Shown in pieces: positions 61,401-64,000 of a stretch of 64,000 nucleotides of DNA; position 1 is the stretch's first letter, and every line of letters begins with the position of its first letter. Both the position numbers and the translations under genes were made by a program. The DNA is from an uncultured Spirochaetota bacterium (GTDB lineage: Bacteria > Spirochaetota > Spirochaetia > SZUA-6 > Fen-1364), in NCBI GenBank assembly GCA_963820525.1, contig CAWGAA010000001.1:1824001-1888000 (forward strand). The letters run 5' to 3'. The notes below the pieces were generated by a model. It worked only from the letters and a program-made list of their open reading frames with translations. It was not told the origin of the DNA and did no database searches.

Positions 61401-64000
61401 CCGCCGCCACCATCGCCATCGGCACGGGCACCCTGGACGGGGCCACCAACGGCAGGTCCGTTTCCATCAGCAGCGCGGCGGCCGCCATCACCCAAACCAC
61501 CGGCACCATGAGCTGCGCCGGGCTCTCCATGACAAACGGCACCTACACCTGCACAGGCAACTCCATCCTCAACTCCAGCGGAAGCGTCTCGGTGACCGGC
61601 GGCACCTTCTCCGAGGGCACCTCCACCCTCACCATGAGCGGCGCCTCCACCACGATCCGCTTCGCCCAGAGCCCGCTTCTCCAGCCCCATGACCTGACCA
61701 TCAGCGCCGCCGCCCCCGGGGTGAGCATAACCGGGGAGAACCTGACCGTGGGGAACAACTTGAGCGTTTCCTCCGGCGGGGTGTTCGCCACCAACAACTT
61801 CTCCCTGACGGTGAACGTCGGCCTGAGCTGCTCGGGCACCCTTGACGGCTCGGCTTCCCCCGCCGCCATCAGCGTCACAGGGGACACCACGGCCTCAGGC
61901 AGGATCAACTTGAACGGCGGCAACTTCTCCACCACCAACCTCACCGTGAGCGGCGTCCCCGGCCTGGTGGCCTCCGCCTCGGAGACCATCACGGTGGGCG
62001 GCAACATCGACTTCTCCAACGCCGGGGACAATTTCACCCAGGCCACAAGCCTCATCGTCATGACGGGGGCCTCGGACCCCGCCACCATCAACGCAACCGG
62101 AGAGGACTTCTTCAACGACCTTCAGATCAACAAGACCACGGGGGCGCAGCGGGTGCAGCTGCTCACCAACCTCTTCCTGGCCAACGGCGCCGGAGACCTG
62201 ACCATGAGCCGAGGCACCCTGCAGCTCAACGGCTTCACGCTTCGGTTGGGCACCAACCTCTCCATGAGCTCGGCCACCGCCGCCACCATCGCCATCGGCA
62301 CGGGCACCCTGGACGGGGCCACCAACGGCAGGTCCGTTTCTATCAGCAGCGCGGCGGCCGCCATCACCCAGGGAACCGGAACGCTCAGCACGCCGGCGTT
62401 GAGCGTGAGCGCCGGCGCCTATACGATAACGGGCACGGCCACGGTGAGCATCGGGGCCGGAGGCTTGAGCCAGACTGGGGGCACCTTCACGGCAGACGCC
62501 GCCGCCATCACCTCGAGCGGAAGCGTTTCGGTGACCGCCGGCACCTTCACGGAAGGAAGCTCCACCCTCACGATGGATACCGCCGGCACCACAATTCATT
62601 TCACGCCGTCTCCGCTGCACCAGCCCCACAACCTGATCATCACCGCCGGAGGGGCGGGTGTGACAATCGCCAGCGAAGCCCTTAATGTCGGAGGAGATAT
62701 CACTATTGCTACGGGCGGGATATTCGGGACCAACACCTTCAGCTTAGCCGTGACGGGCAACGCAGATGTTTCGGGCACCCTCACCGGCTCGGCCTCCCCC
62801 GCAGCCATCAGCGTCACGGGTGACACCACCGCCTCCGGCACGATCAACCTCAACAATGGAGACTTCTCGACGAACAACCTCACAGTGAGCGGCGTCGCCC
62901 CGGCGAACGGGCTCGTGGCTTCCGGCGCCGAGATCATAACGGTCAAAGAAAACCTCGACCTCTCGGCGGTGGGGACCAATTACACGCCGGCCTCGAGCAC
63001 GATCACAATGGGAGACGGAACGCTAAATGGCACCATCAATTGCCCGCCGACGGAGGAGACGTTCTACGAGCTCGAAATCTCCAAAGGCGTCCTGGCCCGG
63101 ATCGTCAGCCTGCAGACAGACATCATCATCACCCACTCACTCACCATAATCAGCGGGACTCTCAGCGCGGGAACCCACACGATAACGATGCGGGGAGTCA
63201 CCTGGGACAACCAGGGAAGCAAGACGGGCCTCGGGACCTTCAACCCGGGAACGGGAACGGTTTTCTTCACCACGACGAGCGCGATCACAATCAGCGGAAG
63301 CAATTCCTGGTACAACTTCAACTGCACGACGGACGGCAAGGCCTTCACCTTCGAGAACCTGCAGACCCAGACCATTCTTTCCGGCGGGAACCTTACCCTC
63401 CTTGCTTCGGGGCCAACCGCAAGGATAACGCTGACAAGCGATTTGCAGGACCCAACGGTGAACCCATCGTACCCACCCACGCCTCCGCAGTATGCCGGGC
63501 AGTGGTATATCACGATTACGGTGGGCGCGTCCGCGAGCATCGATTTCGTCAACGTGTCGTACAGCTTCGCCACTATAACGATCACCCCCGGGCCGGGATG
63601 TGTGGACGGTCTTCACAATACGAATTGGCAGTTTTTCATCCCCATAGTGGCGAGTTGGACCCTGGACACGAACAACGACGGACGAATAGACAGGATCAGG
63701 GTGCAAGTACAGGTGGGAACCCAGCTCAGCGACGACTTCACGGGCCTTGATGTGACTATCGTAGGAAATGCATACGAAGTATCCGGATACGGCACCGCCG
63801 CAGGACCGGTAGTTGGGGCGGGCGACGACGTGTTCGATATCCTCCTTGACGAGGGGACCCACGAAGACACGAGCGCACTTCCCCAATGGACGCTGAATTC
63901 AAACTCGACGCTCTATGGGAAGGTGGGAGGCGCCCTGGTGGAGTATGGGACAAAGGTGTACGCGCCGAACGACGGCTCGCGGCCGGTGATCACCTATACG
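52415..64000 (+). CDS. Giant repetitive secreted surface protein/adhesin (>3860 aa), truncated by window end
   Basis: TTG 52415: MVKRKKVIFLVALLGISTVCAYA|QNTYTWNGASGANWSNPGNW...; frame checked at several points and open to ...APNDGSRPVITYT at 64000; absent from the ORF track, consistent with no stop in the window. Confidence 0.9.
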   Translation, partial: MVKRKKVIFLVALLGISTVCAYAQNTYTWNGASGANWSNPGNWNVSPGPGTYPGAAADNAIAIISNGNSPNLNVSPGQTISQLNISSGSSLTAGAARLLRVAGNVTTSGAGTFSSNITLAVSGNGSVIDSTMTLGPLTIAGASGDIISLAQATTLAGTLTINTATLDLGTNALSVGTSSTAGNLVFSGGGKLDFSGATGTNTTYVTVWGTISGTGTIDASGSGSLNCHGNVDLTNITYLPGSTRLWILDPVSLTPGASSFACVRIGSNGLNYYGALTLQGDLHILGIDPTGTTGVFSAGLPGGTPNNPGLGGNSFNLNGHNVTIDDSGTYASDNVVTFVNIPGANLTAPAASTITFTGASTLTSNSANGCVLGSISIGAGGNLTLADALALNGGISVAAGAGTSTFNMAGFTVTVAGNVNLTNLDNFTAPGLYIFDGATTLTVPAGAAYAFTNIQIGDTAGAANGSLTLASAIIVNGTITIGGTTGTTTFNAAAFTVTVAGNVTLTGLDSFTTTGTFIFAGTTTLTVPAGAAYAFTNIQIGDTAGAANGSLTLASAIIVNGTITIGGTTGTTTFNAAAFTVTVAGNVTLTGLDSFTTTGTFIFAGTTTLTVPAGAAYAFTNIQIGATAGAANGSLTLASAIIVNGTITIGGTTGTTTFNAAAFTVTVAGNVTLTGLDSFTTTGTFIFAGTTTLTVPAGAAYAFTNIQIGATAGAANGSLILASAIIVNGTITIGGTTGTTTFNAAAFTVTVAGNVTLTGLDSFTTTGTFIFAGTTTLTVPAGAAYAFTNIQIGATAGAANGSLTLASDIIVNGTITIGGTTGTTTFNAAAFTVTVAGNVTLTGLDSFTTTGTFIFAGTTTLTVPAGAAYAFTNIQIGATAGAANGSLILASAIIVNGTITIGGTTGTTTFNAAAFTVTVAGNVTLTGLDSFTTTGTFIFAGTTTLTVPAGAAYAFTNIQIGATAGAANGSLILASDIIVNGTITIGGTTGTTTFNAAAFTVTVAGNVTLTGLDSFTTTGTFIFAGTTTLTVPAGAAYAFTNIQIGATAGAANGSLILASAIIVNGTITIGGTTGTTTFNAAAFTVTVAGNVTLTGLDSFTTTGTFIFAGTTTLTVPAGAAYAFTNIQIGATAGAANGSLTLASDIIVNGTITIGGTTGTTTFNAAAFTVTVAGNVTLTGLDSFTTTGTFIFAGTTTLTVPAGAAYAFTNIQIGATAGAANGSLILASAIIVNGTITIGGTTGTTTFNAAAFTVTVAGNVTLTGLDSFTTTGTFIFAGTTTLTVPAGAAYAFTNIQIGATAGAANGSLTLASDIIVNGTITIGGTTGTTTFNAAAFTVTVAGNVTLTGLDSFTTTGTFIFAGTTTLTVPAGAAYAFTNIQIGATAGAANGSLILASAIIVNGTITIGGTTGTTTFNAAAFTVTVAGNVTLTGLDSFTTTGTFIFAGTTTLTVPAGAAYAFTNIQIGATAGAANGSLTLASDIIVNGTITIGGTTGTTTFNAAAFTVTVAGNVTLTGLDSFTTTGTFIFAGTTTLTVPAGAAYAFTNIQIGATAGAANGSLTLASDIIVNGTITIGGTTGTTTFNAAAFTVTVAGNVTLTGLDSFTTTGTFIFAGTTTLTVPAGAAYAFTNIQIGATAGAANGSLILASDIIVNGTITIGGTTGTTTFVTSGHTVTAASTVNLTGLDILTIDATSLFIFAGTTTLTVPTGLSLENIQLGASVTPGSVTLGSALNVVLDISISVAGSVLNTNNLDISVGRNWSNSNDASGFTAGNGTVAFAGTATAKISGNTTFYNFTCIPGVGGKTIQFTAGTEQTITNNLTITGTANNLVNLISTSLGFAWTITRTGTGTVTLDFILVSDSNVGAASSDLTALDSRNDGRNDDTVSPRWIFTPRLVIWDGSDSMDWNTGANWDTGYQPNTTDNVRIANAGFQPATLATSTTIVDLTIDTGARVATNNLSLTVTGALSCSGTLDGSASPAAISVTGDTTASGRINLNGGNFSTNNLTVSGVTPNGLVASASETITVGGNIDFSNAGDNFTQATSLIVMTGASDPATINATVEDFFNDLQINKTTGGQRVQLLTNLFLANGAGDLTMSRGTLQLNGFTLRLGTNLSMSSATAATIAIGTGTLDGATNGRSVSISSAAAAITQTTGTMSCAGLSMTNGTYTCTGNSILNSSGSVSVTGGTFSEGTSTLTMSGASTTIRFAQSPLLQPHDLTISAAAPGVSITGENLTVGNNLSVSSGGVFATNNFSLTVNVGLSCSGTLDGSASPAAISVTGDTTASGRINLNGGNFSTNNLTVSGVTPNGLVASASETITVGGNIDFSNAGDNFTQATSLIVMTGASDPATINATGEDFFNDLQINKTTGAQRVQLLTNLFLANGAGDLTMSRGTLQLNGFTLRLGTNLSMSSATAATIAIGTGTLDGATNGRSVSISSAAAAITQTTGTMSCAGLSMTNGTYTCTGNSILNSSGSVSVTGGTFSEGTSTLTMSGASTTIRFAQSPLLQPHDLTISAAAPGVSITGENLTVGNNLSVSSGGVFATGGFSLTVNVGLSCSGTLTGSASPQQISVTGDTTASGRINLNGGNFSTTNLTVSGVPGLVASASETITVGGNIDFSNAGDNFTQATSLIVMTGASDPATINATVEDFFNDLQINKTTGGQRVQLLTNLFLANGAGDLTMSRGTLQLNGFTLRLGTNLSMSSATAATIAIGTGTLDGATNGRTVSISSAAAAITQTTGTMSCAGLSMTNGTYTCTGNSILNSSGSVSVTGGTFSEGTSTLTMSGASTTIRFAQSPLLQPHDLTISAAAPGVSITGENLTVGNNLSVSSGGVFATNNFSLTVTGALSCSGTLTGSASPQQISVTGDTTASGRINLNGGNFSTTNLTVSGVPGLVASASETITVGGNIDFSNAGDNFTQATSLIVMTGASDPATINATVEDFFNDLQINKTTGGQRVQLLTNLFLANGAGDLTMSRGTLQLNGFTLRLGTNLSMSSATAATIAIGTGTLDGATNGRSVSISSAAAAITQTTGTMSCAGLSMTNGTYTCTGNSILNSSGSVSVTGGTFSEGTSTLTMSGASTTIRFAQSPLLQPHDLTISAAAPGVSITGENLTVGNNLSVSSGGVFATNNFSLTVNVGLSCSGTLDGSASPAAISVTGDTTASGRINLNGGNFSTTNLTVSGVPGLVASASETITVGGNIDFSNAGDNFTQATSLIVMTGASDPATINATGEDFFNDLQINKTTGAQRVQLLTNLFLANGAGDLTMSRGTLQLNGFTLRLGTNLSMSSATAATIAIGTGTLDGATNGRSVSISSAAAAITQGTGTLSTPALSVSAGAYTITGTATVSIGAGGLSQTGGTFTADAAAITSSGSVSVTAGTFTEGSSTLTMDTAGTTIHFTPSPLHQPHNLIITAGGAGVTIASEALNVGGDITIATGGIFGTNTFSLAVTGNADVSGTLTGSASPAAISVTGDTTASGTINLNNGDFSTNNLTVSGVAPANGLVASGAEIITVKENLDLSAVGTNYTPASSTITMGDGTLNGTINCPPTEETFYELEISKGVLARIVSLQTDIIITHSLTIISGTLSAGTHTITMRGVTWDNQGSKTGLGTFNPGTGTVFFTTTSAITISGSNSWYNFNCTTDGKAFTFENLQTQTILSGGNLTLLASGPTARITLTSDLQDPTVNPSYPPTPPQYAGQWYITITVGASASIDFVNVSYSFATITITPGPGCVDGLHNTNWQFFIPIVASWTLDTNNDGRIDRIRVQVQVGTQLSDDFTGLDVTIVGNAYEVSGYGTAAGPVVGAGDDVFDILLDEGTHEDTSALPQWTLNSNSTLYGKVGGALVEYGTKVYAPNDGSRPVITYT
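53728..57411 (+). repeat. 252-bp tandem repeat, about 14.6 copies (84 aa)
   Basis: Unit AFTNIQIG(D/A)TAGAANGSL(T/I)LAS(A/D)IIVNGTITIGGTTGTTTFNAAAFTVTVAGNVTLTGLDSFTTTGTFIFAGTTTLTVPAGAAY; period matches shadow ORFs at 53758+252n. Confidence 0.95.
58271..62369 (+). repeat. 882/876-bp tandem repeat, about 4.7 copies (294/292 aa)
   Basis: Unit starts at 58271, 59153, 60035, 60911, 61787; 6-bp indel VTPNG vs VPG; diverged further copy to about 62960. Confidence 0.93.

Noticed and set aside
53758..62979. Repeated 74-aa, 98-aa, 190-aa and 809-aa minus-strand ORFs
   Set aside because: Antisense shadows of the tandem repeats.

Overview
High-GC bacterial chromosomal window, most consistent with a Spirochaetota member (inferred from the long-form GlyA, lipoproteins and the giant surface protein; not provable here). 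1-8.6 kb: a YesM/YesN-like two-component pair divergent from a LacI + sugar ABC + GH31 alpha-xylosidase operon carrying four tandem LacI-type operators. 8.7-46.8 kb: hcp with an FNR/HcpR box, a LolA/LolE-like export operon, TetR + an Rph-like phosphotransferase, a secreted MsrAB whose MsrA domain lacks the catalytic Cys, a protease-MoxR-DUF58-VWA operon, ZTP riboswitch-glyA, Grx + ferredoxin:disulfide reductase, a sigma54-type hsp20, rmuC, two URO-D-family genes and an MBL-cNMP-hemerythrin protein. 46.8-64 kb: a cluster of surface proteins ending in a giant ORF that is absent from the supplied ORF track (52415 to beyond 64000, >3860 aa, signal peptide). It is built from two capped beta-solenoid-like modules, one with ~14.6 x 252-bp and one with ~4.7 x 876/882-bp near-identical mosaic repeats. 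Four genes carry frameshifts, probably consensus errors. No CRISPR array, rRNA, tRNA or IS element was seen.
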